In this document: positions 18,461-27,852 of the stretch, one piece after another
Numbering within the stretch: position 1 is the stretch's first letter
How the letters are laid out: each line of letters begins with the position of its first letter
Source: Candidatus Colwellbacteria bacterium
GTDB lineage: Bacteria > Patescibacteriota > Minisyncoccia > UBA6257 > Colwellbacteraceae
DNA length: 64,000 nucleotides
Assembly (NCBI GenBank): GCA_030700125.1
Contig: JAUYKE010000021.1
Span: 2,492 to 66,491 of the forward strand
Reading direction: 5' to 3'
Translations under genes and position numbers: made by a program
Notes under the pieces: generated by a model
The model's input: only the letters and a program-made list of their open reading frames with translations
The model's database searches: none
What the model was told of the DNA's origin: nothing

Positions 18461-19543
18461 GTGATTTTCCAAAACTGTCCACAGTTTTGGTGTGCTATCA
18501 TTAACCTAATGAATGGAGAGAATAAGCCGATAGGGCCGGCACCTTTGCCCGACAATACACCTTCACCATTTGGCGGACCGCCTACGCCACCCCCGCCACC
18601 GTCATCGGGGTCAAGTAGATCTACCCCAGCCGGAGCGTCGGGACCTCCGCCTCCGCCTCAAATTGATATTAGGACCATGGCCAGTGATAGAGAATCACTC
18701 CAGCGGAGCGGCGGCCTCGGCACCGAACCAAAAACTTTCAGCCCGGCTGATCTGTCCAAAGAGCCAGTCTTCAATACAGGGATTACATCCCCTGCCGGCG
18801 TTGTCGAAAAAGGTGCGGGTGGTAAGAAAATAGGGATAGCAGTCGGCGCTATTGCCATTCTCGCCCTCGCCGGCGCTATCGGTTATTACCTTGTTTGGCC
18901 CAACTTTTCCGGCAAAGAAGAGCCACAAGTTACTAAAGTCACTCCTCCGGCACTTCTTCCCGCCGAACCAACCCCACCCGCCCCAACTTCTCAAAGCTTC
19001 TTCACTAAGCCAGCGGCTAGCACTGAGCAGATAAACTTAAGTACCTTAACGCTTGCGGAGCTCTCTGGTGCTTTGAAGACTCAACCGGGAGAAGAATCAA
19101 TGGCTGCCGGAACAGTTAAAGAAGTTATTTTGAAAGTTAATAATGCCTCGGCGACCTCTTCAGCCCTACTTAATGTTCTCGTTCCGGGAACCGGTCTTGA
19201 ATCAATGCTTGAGTCAGGCGCTACGAACTTCGTCTATTACGACGCTAAAGGAGCTTGGCCCGGCTACGTCTTCAAGCTTAAAAGCGGCACCAACCCTGCT
19301 GCCGCCCAAACATCAACCGCAAAAATAGAGCAGTCAACAAGTCTCGCCGCTCTCTACCTAGCGAGTCCTGGCACGGCAAGCACGGGTGGTTTTAAGAACG
19401 GCTCTGCCGGCGCAATAAAGACTCGCTACCTCTCCTTCGCTAGCGGCGCCTCATTTAATTACGGCTGGGTCAATAATTACTTAGTGATAAGTACTTCTTT
19501 CGACGGCTTCAAGAAAGCGGCTGCATTACTGCCATCCCAATAG
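18461..19543 (+). CDS. hypothetical proline-rich membrane-anchored protein (start uncertain, possibly Met17 at ~18509)
   Basis: PPTPPPPPSSG low-complexity N-region, one TM, ~200 aa extracytoplasmic domain. Confidence 0.5.
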   Translation: MIFQNCPQFWCAIINLMNGENKPIGPAPLPDNTPSPFGGPPTPPPPPSSGSSRSTPAGASGPPPPPQIDIRTMASDRESLQRSGGLGTEPKTFSPADLSKEPVFNTGITSPAGVVEKGAGGKKIGIAVGAIAILALAGAIGYYLVWPNFSGKEEPQVTKVTPPALLPAEPTPPAPTSQSFFTKPAASTEQINLSTLTLAELSGALKTQPGEESMAAGTVKEVILKVNNASATSSALLNVLVPGTGLESMLESGATNFVYYDAKGAWPGYVFKLKSGTNPAAAQTSTAKIEQSTSLAALYLASPGTASTGGFKNGSAGAIKTRYLSFASGASFNYGWVNNYLVISTSFDGFKKAAALLPSQ

Positions 19544-19621
19544 GTTTGACTTTTCGTTAAAGTTAAATTACACTGTTGCTATTGATGAAAGTCCGCTTTA
19601 AGCGGACTTTCTACTTTAATC

Positions 19622-20926
19622 ATGGACCTAAAAGCATTAGTTCAAACAGTTAATCAAATTGCCGAAGAAAAAGGGATTGAATCGGCACGAGTGCTCGAGG
19701 CAATCGAGAGCGCTCTCGCTTCCGCTTACAAAAAAGAATACGGCAAGAGAGAATACAACATTAAAGCCAAACTGGATTCAGAAACCGGTGAGGTAAACTT
19801 CTTTCAGGTTAAGGAAGTGGTTGATGAGACTACTGTTAATACTTCTGTCGATGAGGAAGAAATCGAAAGCGCTGAAACGCATCCGTCTCCGCCAGCTGAC
19901 GGATCGGGCGGAGAAGTAAAGCTGCCTCGCTACAACGAACACCGGCATATCTTCTTAAAAGAAGCCCTAGAAATTAAGCCCGATGCCAAACTTGGTGATG
20001 AACTGGAATTTCCTTTACCTGAAGAGGCAAATTTTGGCCGGATTGCGGCGCAAACGGCCAAGCAAACCATTCTCCAGCGCTTGCGAGAGGCCGAGCGGGA
20101 GTCAATTATGTCCGAGTTCAAAGACAGAGAAGGCGACATTGTAAGCGGCGTAATTCAGCGGTTTGAACGAGGTAACGTCTACATTGATCTGGGGCGCACC
20201 AACGGCATTATGTTTGCCAATGAATCCATCCCGGGCGAGCATTATCGAGTGGGAGAGAGATTAAGATTTTATGTTCTGGGAGTTCAGAGCGAGTCAAGAA
20301 CCCCCGGCATTATTCTCTCGAGAGCCCATCCTAATTTTGTAGCCAAGCTTTTTGAACGGGAGATTCCGGAAATTACCGACGGCGTAGTGGAGATTAAAGC
20401 AATTGCGAGGGAGGTCGGATCCCGAACCAAGGTAGCTGTTAGGTCAAATACTGAAGGAGTTGACCCTGTGGGCAGTTGCGTCGGCCAGCGGGGCACAAGA
20501 ATCATGGCAATTACCAACGAGATTGGCCAAGAAAAGCTTGATGTTGTTTTATGGTCCGATGACCCGGCCGAATTTGTCGGCAACGCTTTGAATCCCGCTA
20601 AGGTAAAATCCGTAGAGGTTAGCGGTGCGAGAGAGGCGAGAGTCCTTGTGATCGATGATCAGTTGAGTTTAGCCATTGGAAAAGGCGGTCAGAACGTTCG
20701 ACTAGCGGCTAAATTAACCGGCTGGAAAATTGATGTAAGGCCGCAAGCCAGGCCGGAAGAAGTGCAAGCTGGCGGAGTGGCTGAAAGAGAGGTAGAAGCC
20801 GAAGATAGTGAAACCACGGAAGCCATGGATTCGGCCCATTCAACAAGTTCAGGGCAAGCAAGCTCACCACGGGTTGAAGAAGAAGAGAAACCAATCTATC
20901 ATAAGCCTGTTGAAGACGACGAATAG
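19622..20926 (+). CDS. nusA: transcription termination/antitermination factor NusA (acidic C-terminal tail)
   Basis: N-terminal NusA domain, S1 and two KH domains. Confidence 0.9.
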   Translation: MDLKALVQTVNQIAEEKGIESARVLEAIESALASAYKKEYGKREYNIKAKLDSETGEVNFFQVKEVVDETTVNTSVDEEEIESAETHPSPPADGSGGEVKLPRYNEHRHIFLKEALEIKPDAKLGDELEFPLPEEANFGRIAAQTAKQTILQRLREAERESIMSEFKDREGDIVSGVIQRFERGNVYIDLGRTNGIMFANESIPGEHYRVGERLRFYVLGVQSESRTPGIILSRAHPNFVAKLFEREIPEITDGVVEIKAIAREVGSRTKVAVRSNTEGVDPVGSCVGQRGTRIMAITNEIGQEKLDVVLWSDDPAEFVGNALNPAKVKSVEVSGAREARVLVIDDQLSLAIGKGGQNVRLAAKLTGWKIDVRPQARPEEVQAGGVAEREVEAEDSETTEAMDSAHSTSSGQASSPRVEEEEKPIYHKPVEDDE

Positions 20927-20948
20927 CTCGACAAACTCATCATAAATA

Positions 20949-21419
20949 ATGACCATCGAAGTTCTCATAGAAATTCCCCGGGGATCTCGCAATAAATACG
21001 AACTGGATAAAAAGAGCGGCCGAATTAGATTAGATAGAGTTCTTCACAGCTCCGTTACCTATCCAGCTGATTATGGTCTTATCCCTGACACGGAATCTGC
21101 AGACGGTGATCCGTTAGATGTATTGGTAATTACTCGGTTCCCAACCTTCCCCGGCTGCGTAGTTGAAGCAAGACCTATCGCTTTAATAGACATGATTGAC
21201 ACTAAACAAGGGGATGAGAAAATTATTGCCGTCCCGGAAGGCGATCCTCAATTTGCTTCCTGGAACGATTTAAGCGATATCCCCGAAGCGCTCAAGAACG
21301 AGATAAATGAGTTTTTCAGGACCTATAAAAATCTCGAACCGGACAAATTCGTCGAAATTCAGGGTTGGAAAGGGAGAAAGGAGGCCGAAGAGATGGTAAA
21401 GAAATCAATGAAATCATGA
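20949..21419 (+). CDS. ppa: inorganic pyrophosphatase
   Basis: [15 protein letters not shown]…[10 protein letters not shown] family-I PPase motifs. Confidence 0.9.
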   Translation: MTIEVLIEIPRGSRNKYELDKKSGRIRLDRVLHSSVTYPADYGLIPDTESADGDPLDVLVITRFPTFPGCVVEARPIALIDMIDTKQGDEKIIAVPEGDPQFASWNDLSDIPEALKNEINEFFRTYKNLEPDKFVEIQGWKGRKEAEEMVKKSMKS

Positions 21420-22060
21420 ATCCGAAAAACTTCGAACAATTCAATCAATACCTAATCCCTACCGTTATTGAAAAATCCCCTTCTGGCGAGCGGGCTTATG
21501 ACATTTATTCCCGCTTGCTCAAAGACAACATTATTTTCTTGGGTGGTCCCATTAACGACCCTGTGGCTAACGCCGTTATTGCCCAAATGCTTTTCTTGCA
21601 GAGTCAGGATCCGAAAAAAACCATTCAGCTCTACATTAATTCCCCGGGCGGGTCAGTGACGGCCGGCATGGCCATTTACGACACCATGCAATATGTGAAA
21701 CCCGACATAAGCACTCTTTGTATCGGTATTGCCGCCTCCATGGGAGCGTTTCTCTTAGCCGCTGGTGCTAAAGGAAAACGGCATGCTCTACCGAATTCAG
21801 AAGTTTTGCTCCACCAAGTGATGGGAGAGGCCGGCGGACAAGCAGCTGACATTGAAATTACCGCTCGGCAGATCGTGAAAACCAAGGAGAAGATGAATAA
21901 ACTTCTAGCCAAGCACACCGGCCAGCCGTTATCTAGAGTTGAGAAAGACACCGATCGTGACTTCTGGCTCTCCGCCGAAGAAGCTAAAAAATATGGCCTC
22001 ATTGATGAAGTGATTCTGAACGCCGCTAAACTCACTCCCGCAAAAAGCAGTAAAAAATAA
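21416..22060 (+). CDS. clpP: ATP-dependent Clp protease proteolytic subunit
   Basis: [21 protein letters not shown]…[15 protein letters not shown]…HQVMG (Ser-His-Asp triad context); ATGA overlap with ppa; start at internal Met. Confidence 0.9.
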   Translation: MNPKNFEQFNQYLIPTVIEKSPSGERAYDIYSRLLKDNIIFLGGPINDPVANAVIAQMLFLQSQDPKKTIQLYINSPGGSVTAGMAIYDTMQYVKPDISTLCIGIAASMGAFLLAAGAKGKRHALPNSEVLLHQVMGEAGGQAADIEITARQIVKTKEKMNKLLAKHTGQPLSRVEKDTDRDFWLSAEEAKKYGLIDEVILNAAKLTPAKSSKK

Positions 22061-22066
22061 TTCCTG

Positions 22067-23296
22067 ATGAAGGTTGACACCAACCCTCGAAAGATTAAAG
22101 CGCTAGTTGATAGCCGCTTTATTGATAAGATTTATCCTTCTCGTGCCAAGCTTGAAGAAGCACTCCGCTCCGGAAAGCGACTCACTATTTATCACGGCGT
22201 AGATCCCACTGCGCCGGATCTCCACTTAGGCCACTCCACTAATTTTTTACTCCTTCGTGAACTCCAAAAACTTGGCCATCGCATCATTTTATTAGTCGGA
22301 GATTTCACCGCTCGCATTGGTGATCCAACAGATAAGTTGTCTGCCAGAAAACCTTTTACTGAAAAAGAGGTTAAAAATAACAGTAAAACTTATAAAAATC
22401 AGGCCGGTAAAATTCTAAGCTTTACTGGCGCCAATCCTGCCGAAATTGCTTTCAATAGCCGCTGGTTAAAGCGGATGAATTTTGAGGACCTGATTAAATT
22501 GAGCGCTAAATTAACACACGCTCAAATTATTAAGCGCGACATGTTCCGTCGCAGGATAAAAGAGGATAAAGAGATTTTTCTCCACGAATTTCTTTATCCC
22601 CTAATGCAAGGATATGATTCAGTCGCTCTAAAAACTGACGCGGAGGTTGGCGGTACGGATCAAACGTTCAACATGCTGGTCGGTCGCGATTTAGAAAAAG
22701 CCTATTTGAATAAAGAGAAGTTTGTAATCACGACTCCCCTGCTTGAAAATCCGAAAACTGGCAGAAAATTGATGTCCAAAAGCGAAGGCGGCTACATCAG
22801 CCTGCAGGACTCTCCAGCAGAAATGTATGGCAAATTGATGGCTTTACCAGATGAAGTTATTATCCCCTGTCTTGAATTGTGTACTGAGTACCCCCAAGAG
22901 CAGATTGAGGGGATCAAAAAGGGATTTAAGAGGGATCCAACCAACCCGCGAGACGCAAAGCTTATATTGGGATATGAAGTAGTTAAGATTTACTACGGAA
23001 AAGAAAAGGCACAAGACGAACAAAATAAATTCATAAATACCATTCTAAAAAAAGGCTTACCAAAAGAAAAAGCGGTCCATTCTTTAACACTTGAGCTTCC
23101 TTTTAGAGATATCATTTATGTATTAGTAAACGGAGGCCTTGCTTCCAGTAAAAGTAGTGCTTGGAGACTTGTGAATCAGGGAGCAGTTAAAATCGACAGT
23201 GAGAGAATTGATAATCCTAAGCATATGCTCGCAGGCGGTGAGTTAATCGAGGTAGGAAAAAAGCGGCATTTTCTGCGAGTAAGATACAGGAAGTAG
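22067..23296 (+). CDS. tyrS: tyrosyl-tRNA synthetase
   Basis: HIGH-type DLHLGH, GDFTARIGDP, KLMSKSEGG (KMSKS), C-terminal S4-like domain. Confidence 0.85.
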   Translation: MKVDTNPRKIKALVDSRFIDKIYPSRAKLEEALRSGKRLTIYHGVDPTAPDLHLGHSTNFLLLRELQKLGHRIILLVGDFTARIGDPTDKLSARKPFTEKEVKNNSKTYKNQAGKILSFTGANPAEIAFNSRWLKRMNFEDLIKLSAKLTHAQIIKRDMFRRRIKEDKEIFLHEFLYPLMQGYDSVALKTDAEVGGTDQTFNMLVGRDLEKAYLNKEKFVITTPLLENPKTGRKLMSKSEGGYISLQDSPAEMYGKLMALPDEVIIPCLELCTEYPQEQIEGIKKGFKRDPTNPRDAKLILGYEVVKIYYGKEKAQDEQNKFINTILKKGLPKEKAVHSLTLELPFRDIIYVLVNGGLASSKSSAWRLVNQGAVKIDSERIDNPKHMLAGGELIEVGKKRHFLRVRYRK

Positions 23297-23303
23297 AAAT
23301 AAT

Positions 23304-23377
23304 TGGCGGGAGTTGAGGGAATCGAACCCCCGACCGCGGTTTTGGAGACCGCCGTTATGCCACTTAACTAAACTCCC
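23304..23377 (-). tRNA. tRNA-Trp (anticodon CCA), encoded CCA
   Basis: Anticodon loop CTCCAAA; standard cloverleaf. Confidence 0.8.
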
Positions 23378-23380
23378 AAC

Positions 23381-23454
23381 TGGAGCGGGGTACGAGAATT
23401 GAACTCGCGTCTCGACGTTGGCAACGTCGCATACTACCACTGTACTAACCCCGC
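23381..23454 (-). tRNA. tRNA-Gly (anticodon GCC), encoded CCA
   Basis: CGACG-TTGCCAA-CGTCG anticodon arm; GTTCAATTC T-loop. Confidence 0.8.
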
Positions 23455-23524
23455 CTCTGGATTCACTTAATAAGTTAAGTTAGTATTTATCTGTTGTAAA
23501 GGACGTCTGACGTCCCAGAACTGT

Positions 23525-24169
23525 ATGAACGTCAAAAAAGTCAGTGGCTTTATCAGAAAATATTTAAAATCCACCGGCCGGCGGAGGAAAGCATTATATG
23601 TCGCCGGTTTGGCGGCTATTCTTCTAGCCGGCGGCTGGTATTGGTACGACCAAAGTCAGGGGGCTTACGTCCCGCCGGATTTTTTTGAAGCCAGGAATCG
23701 CGCTGGTGAAGTCTCAGTGAGAATATTGCAACTTACCGATGCCTCGGTGCAAACCCTGCGACTCATTAGCACCGCCGATGAAAAAGGCAATTATAAGCGC
23801 GGCCTGGATTTAGTTTTAGAAGAAGTTGATAGAAACGAAGCAACAAGAGCTGAAGCGATTAAATTATCGGAAGAATTAAAAAATATGGCCATTAATCTCG
23901 GCGCAATTCGGCCAGAGAAAGCAGCTCAGGTTGGACTTCAGACCACCACCAGCGGTCTGGAGCTGGTCCAGCACTTAATTAATTACAACAATTACACTCA
24001 AGAATTACTAGGCGTTCTCCAAACACGGCTTAAAAGCAACGGCTCTCCTGAAACCAGGCAAAGGATTGAACAAATTATTTTGAGAATGAATCAAGAGGCA
24101 GAAGCCGTGAATGAATTGAATGATCGGTACAAGGAAGAGATGAGAGAATTCGACCGGCTGACTTCTTAG
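23525..24169 (+). CDS. hypothetical membrane-anchored protein
   Basis: 214 aa, single N-terminal TM. Confidence 0.5.
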   Translation: MNVKKVSGFIRKYLKSTGRRRKALYVAGLAAILLAGGWYWYDQSQGAYVPPDFFEARNRAGEVSVRILQLTDASVQTLRLISTADEKGNYKRGLDLVLEEVDRNEATRAEAIKLSEELKNMAINLGAIRPEKAAQVGLQTTTSGLELVQHLINYNNYTQELLGVLQTRLKSNGSPETRQRIEQIILRMNQEAEAVNELNDRYKEEMREFDRLTS

Positions 24170-24182
24170 TACTTTTATTTAG

Positions 24183-24253
24183 TCGGGGCGCCGAGACTCG
24201 AACTCGAACTAAATCCTCCCAAAGGACTCGTGCTGCCATTACACTACGCCCCG
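24183..24253 (-). tRNA. tRNA-Pro (anticodon TGG)
   Basis: CGGGGCG-TA-GTGTAATGGCAGCAC-G-AGTCC-TTTGGGA-GGATT…TTCGAGTC…CGCCCCG-A. Confidence 0.8.
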
Positions 24254-24670
24254 ATACTTATATTTGTTTTTCAATAATTCCTCTAATCTACTGCTTAGCT
24301 TCAGGTAGGTGGCTTTATCGGAATATCTAATTTTACATGTTCCCATACTTTTCCCGACCTTATTACCTTGAGGTCTAACTATAGTTTTTGTAAATCTATT
24401 TTTTGGAATTCTAGTTACTTCTGACCAATAATTCTCTATGTATTCTTTGTCATCTCCTTCGTGAATTTGAAGTTGTAATTTTAAACGTGGCTCATCTATC
24501 CTGATATCGTTCCTTAAGAAATCTAAGAACAATTTTATTATGTCCGGATTTGTATTAGTAACGTCAACATTGCGTATCCAGGTGTTTTTCCACCGTTTAT
24601 CTTTATATGCTTTAGTCCCTTCTGTCCACCAAATTATTATACCTATAACTTCTCTCAGACTATATCCCAT
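24239..24670 (-). CDS. AT-rich hypothetical protein inserted within a tRNA operon (3' end overlaps tRNA-Pro by ~15 nt)
   Basis: 143 aa, K/N/I/Y-rich, composition distinct from the neighbourhood. Confidence 0.45.
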   Translation of the reverse strand: MGYSLREVIGIIIWWTEGTKAYKDKRWKNTWIRNVDVTNTNPDIIKLFLDFLRNDIRIDEPRLKLQLQIHEGDDKEYIENYWSEVTRIPKNRFTKTIVRPQGNKVGKSMGTCKIRYSDKATYLKLSSRLEELLKNKYKYRGVV

Positions 24671-24737
24671 ATACTACTATCCTAGCATAGCACATGCTAT
24701 TCAGCAAGTTGATAAATGCATAATAATCAGCCCAGCA

Positions 24738-24806
24738 CGCGCCTGCCCCGTAGCGAGCCATGCCGTGTGGCGAGCTTTGCTCTGCTACTGGGGTACCACC
24801 ATCACC
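24738..24806 (-). ncRNA. conserved structured element, copy C (GGUGAUGGUGGUA-CCCC(A)GUAG-CAG-hairpin-CUACGGGG-CAGGCGCG), between tRNA-Arg(TCT) and the AT-rich ORF
   Basis: Same closing helix and flanks as copy A at 13654. Confidence 0.45.
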
Positions 24807-24855
24807 TTCCTGCGCTAAAGCTACGAACGGGCACAGTACGCCAGCCCGTTCTTTG

Positions 24856-24927
24856 TCTCCCCGGCAGGAATCGAACCCGCATTTAGAGGTTAGAAACCTC
24901 TTGTTCTGTCCGTTGAACTACGGGGAG
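24856..24927 (-). tRNA. tRNA-Arg (anticodon TCT)
   Basis: AGAGG-TTTCTAA-CCTCT anticodon arm; D/T arms identical to tRNA-Arg(GCG) at 47211. Confidence 0.8.
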
Positions 24928-24933
24928 GGCCTG

Positions 24934-25005
24934 TGCCGGAGCGGTGAATCGAACACCGGACGCTCGCCTCTTCAGGGCGACGCTCTACCACTGAGCTACT
25001 CCGGC
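24934..25005 (-). tRNA. tRNA-Phe (anticodon GAA)
   Basis: GCCGGAG-TA-GCTCAGTGGTAGAGC…TCGCC-CTGAAGA-GGCGA. Confidence 0.85.
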
Positions 25006-25079
25006 AAGCGTAAAAATTTTAGCGAGCTTTATTAAAAATTGCAATTGATTGAAGATTTGAATATATTTTGAATAGCTTC

Positions 25080-25152
25080 GCCCTTGTAGTTCAACGGATA
25101 GAACGCGGGTTTCCTAAACCTGAAATCGAGGTTCGATTCCTCGCAGGGGCAC
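25080..25152 (+). tRNA. tRNA-Arg (anticodon CCT)
   Basis: CGGGT-TTCCTAA-ACCTG anticodon arm. Confidence 0.8.
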
Positions 25153-25196
25153 AATTGATTTTAATATCCCAAATTGTTATTCTCAGCTTGAAATTA

Positions 25197-25273
<77 letters not shown>

Positions 25274-25299
25274 AAAATTAAATCTGGTATAATTTTAAT

Positions 25300-25434
25300 A
25301 TGATGAACTGGGGAGGAGGATACGGAATGATGGGCGGAGGATGGGGCCTTTGGGGTTCTATCTTCTGGCTCGTGCTTCTCGTAGACCTCGTTTTGTTAGG
25401 CGTCTGGCTTTGGAAGCAGATCAATAAGAAATAG
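25300..25434 (+). CDS. putative 44-aa Gly/Trp-rich single-TM peptide (MMNWGGGYGMMGGGWGLWGSIFWLVLLVDLVLLGVWLWKQINKK)
   Basis: Below the ORF-track size cutoff; TATAAT box ~7 nt upstream suggests leaderless start; no SD. Confidence 0.3.
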   Translation: MMNWGGGYGMMGGGWGLWGSIFWLVLLVDLVLLGVWLWKQINKK

Positions 25435-25550
25435 AGATTGCGTTTCTAAAAAGAAGATGCCCCGCCCCTCCTTCGTCTGCTGGTTGGCGGACTTCGGACG
25501 GGCGAGGCGTGCTGCGGAGTAACAGAGCGTCTCCTCCGTGCTGGGCGAGA

Positions 25551-25781
25551 CTAGTGACCGACGGGGGTCTTGGAGGACTCCCTTTTCGCTTTGCGGAGCG
25601 CCATCATGCTTTGGATATCCCCTAGCGCAAAGGCTCCTAGAGACAATGGGACAAGGATGATTCCGCCGAAAAAGCGCCGAAGGAAAGCGAGTCTCCCATC
25701 CCCTCGGTGCTGCAAGAACCAGACGCTGATGAAACCCAGCACAAGCCAGACGGTAACGAGTATCAATGCCCACTGAGGCAT
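25551..25781 (-). CDS. small two-TM membrane protein (GC-rich)
   Basis: 76 aa; strong GAGGGAGG Shine-Dalgarno 7 nt upstream of ATG. Confidence 0.55.
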   Translation of the reverse strand: MPQWALILVTVWLVLGFISVWFLQHRGDGRLAFLRRFFGGIILVPLSLGAFALGDIQSMMALRKAKRESSKTPVGH

Positions 25782-25868
25782 GTTTAACCTCCCTCGGATA
25801 GACGAAGAGCTATCTTATTTATTAAGCAAGAGGCTGATTCAGTCAAATTGTGGTAGAATTGGGAACCT

Positions 25869-26552
25869 ATGAATAGAAGAAATTTAATTTTACTGCTCGT
25901 CGTTATTTTAATTATTGCCGGTGGGGCGGGATATTACTTTTGGAATAAAAAGGGTATATCAGATGTTCCCGATGCCTCCAGTGAAGGAGGGGCTGTATCG
26001 CAAGAAGGCCCCTCGTTCTTTGACACTTTTTTTGAAAAGCTTGGGTCCTCTGACGAGTCGAAAAAACAAGCGGGCCTCAAAGAATACAAAGATCCTACTG
26101 GCACATTCAGAATTATGCACCCTCCCGCTTGGATTGTGCGCGGCGAAGAGGGAAGATTGTTAAAAGGGGCGAGCTTGACCTCTCCCGAGCTACTCAACCA
26201 ATACTCCGCTGAAGAACAGCAATTCGTAAAGGGGTTAGTTGTTGCCGCTGCTGAATCCGAAGAAACACCCGAGGCCTACTATAAGAATCTGATAGCCGGG
26301 GCGGAGACCGGCCAAACCGAAGCCAGGAACTTAACTGTTAACGACTACCCCGCCTATCTTGTAAAAGGAAGTGTTAGGGGTATCTCTTACACAATTTACA
26401 TCGTCTCTCATAATAACCGGATTGTTTACTTCAACTATCGCAGCCTGGAAGAGACAAGCGCTCACCAAAATGACATCAAGAGGGCCATTGATTTCGGTCC
26501 ATATCTCACGGACTTTGAGGCCGCCGTTAACTCCATTAAGTTTCTTAAATAA
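25869..26552 (+). CDS. hypothetical membrane-anchored extracytoplasmic protein
   Basis: 227 aa, N-terminal TM. Confidence 0.5.
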   Translation: MNRRNLILLLVVILIIAGGAGYYFWNKKGISDVPDASSEGGAVSQEGPSFFDTFFEKLGSSDESKKQAGLKEYKDPTGTFRIMHPPAWIVRGEEGRLLKGASLTSPELLNQYSAEEQQFVKGLVVAAAESEETPEAYYKNLIAGAETGQTEARNLTVNDYPAYLVKGSVRGISYTIYIVSHNNRIVYFNYRSLEETSAHQNDIKRAIDFGPYLTDFEAAVNSIKFLK

Positions 26553-26573
26553 GCGACCTGGTATAATTAAAGG

Positions 26574-27152
26574 GTGATGAAGATTAAGTATCCCAATATC
26601 ACTCTCTTTGTCTTGTCGCTTGTTATAGCCGTCATTTTGTCTTGGACCGGCGTGTTTGACTCCTTCGCCGAGCTTGGTAAATTAGATTATTTAGGAGCCC
26701 TCATTGCCGGACTTCTCTGGCCCTTTACGTTCGCTACCCCCTTGGCAGCCGCCAGCTTTTTCTATTTAGGACAGACCGCCAATATCTGGATGATTGTTGC
26801 TGTTGGTAGTATCGGTTCTCTTTTTTCGGATATAATTATCTGGAAGTTTTTTAAGGGAGGTATTTTTACCGAATTCGAAAAAATCTGGGAAGATTATAAG
26901 AATCATCACCGCCGCCCTTTCCGCCGTGAACACCGGTTTCACTTGATTCAACTTTTCCACTCACGTCCCTTCCATTTCATCACCCTCTTTTCGGGCGTTA
27001 TCGTACTATTTTCTCCTTTACCGGATGAAATCGGGCTGGAGATGCTTGCTTATTACAAGCTAAGCCCAGCAAAATTTGTCTTTCTTTCCCTGGCTTCAGC
27101 CGCTTTTGCTATCTGGGTTGTAACGGGCGCCGGCCGTCTGGCTTTAGGCTAG
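26574..27152 (+). CDS. hypothetical polytopic membrane protein
   Basis: 192 aa, 4-5 hydrophobic helices. Confidence 0.5.
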   Translation: MMKIKYPNITLFVLSLVIAVILSWTGVFDSFAELGKLDYLGALIAGLLWPFTFATPLAAASFFYLGQTANIWMIVAVGSIGSLFSDIIIWKFFKGGIFTEFEKIWEDYKNHHRRPFRREHRFHLIQLFHSRPFHFITLFSGVIVLFSPLPDEIGLEMLAYYKLSPAKFVFLSLASAAFAIWVVTGAGRLALG

Positions 27153-27174
27153 AATCTGGTCTAATCTAAATCCA

Positions 27175-27852
27175 ATGTCGTCCTACGAAGTAGAGATTAA
27201 GTGTCTTTTGGGAGGGAAAGAAAGCGCTGACGGCTTGCTCGCGCGCATGAAAGAAAAAGATCCCGGCCTGCAGCAGGTAAGCTCTCACAAACAGCTAAAT
27301 CATTATTTTATGGGCGGCGACCTGAATCAGCTTTATGAAAACATTGCCCCACTTCTTAAAGAAGAAGAGAAAGAGGCCATCCAGGCCCTTCTCAAAAATG
27401 CAAAAAACTTCTCCCTAAGAACTAGGCAGGCCGATGAAAAGGTGATTCTGGTGCTTAAGGTTTCGGTGGACGAGGGGACGAGCGCCAATACCGTCGGCCG
27501 TATTGAATTTGAAGCAGAAACCCCAAAATTATCTTTGGAAGAACTGGACCAACTGGTGCTCAAATCCGGCCTTGAGTACCAAGCCAAGTGGTCCCGGGAA
27601 CGAACCGAGTATAAATATCTTGGAGCCAATGCCACAATCGATAAAAACGCCGGCTACGGCTACCTAGCTGAATTTGAAAAAATAATTAATGACGAAGCTA
27701 AGGTGGCTGAAGTAAAAACCCAGTTGAGAAAGATAGTTAACGAACTCTCGCTGGAAGAGCTGGATCAGGCGCGCCTTGAGCGGATGTTCGCATATTATAA
27801 CGCCAACTGGCAGGACTATTATGGAACCGATAAAGTTTTTGTAGTGGAATGA
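27175..27852 (+). CDS. CYTH-domain protein (triphosphate tunnel metalloenzyme)
   Basis: N-terminal EVEIK (ExExK) signature and acidic patches. Confidence 0.6.
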   Translation: MSSYEVEIKCLLGGKESADGLLARMKEKDPGLQQVSSHKQLNHYFMGGDLNQLYENIAPLLKEEEKEAIQALLKNAKNFSLRTRQADEKVILVLKVSVDEGTSANTVGRIEFEAETPKLSLEELDQLVLKSGLEYQAKWSRERTEYKYLGANATIDKNAGYGYLAEFEKIINDEAKVAEVKTQLRKIVNELSLEELDQARLERMFAYYNANWQDYYGTDKVFVVE

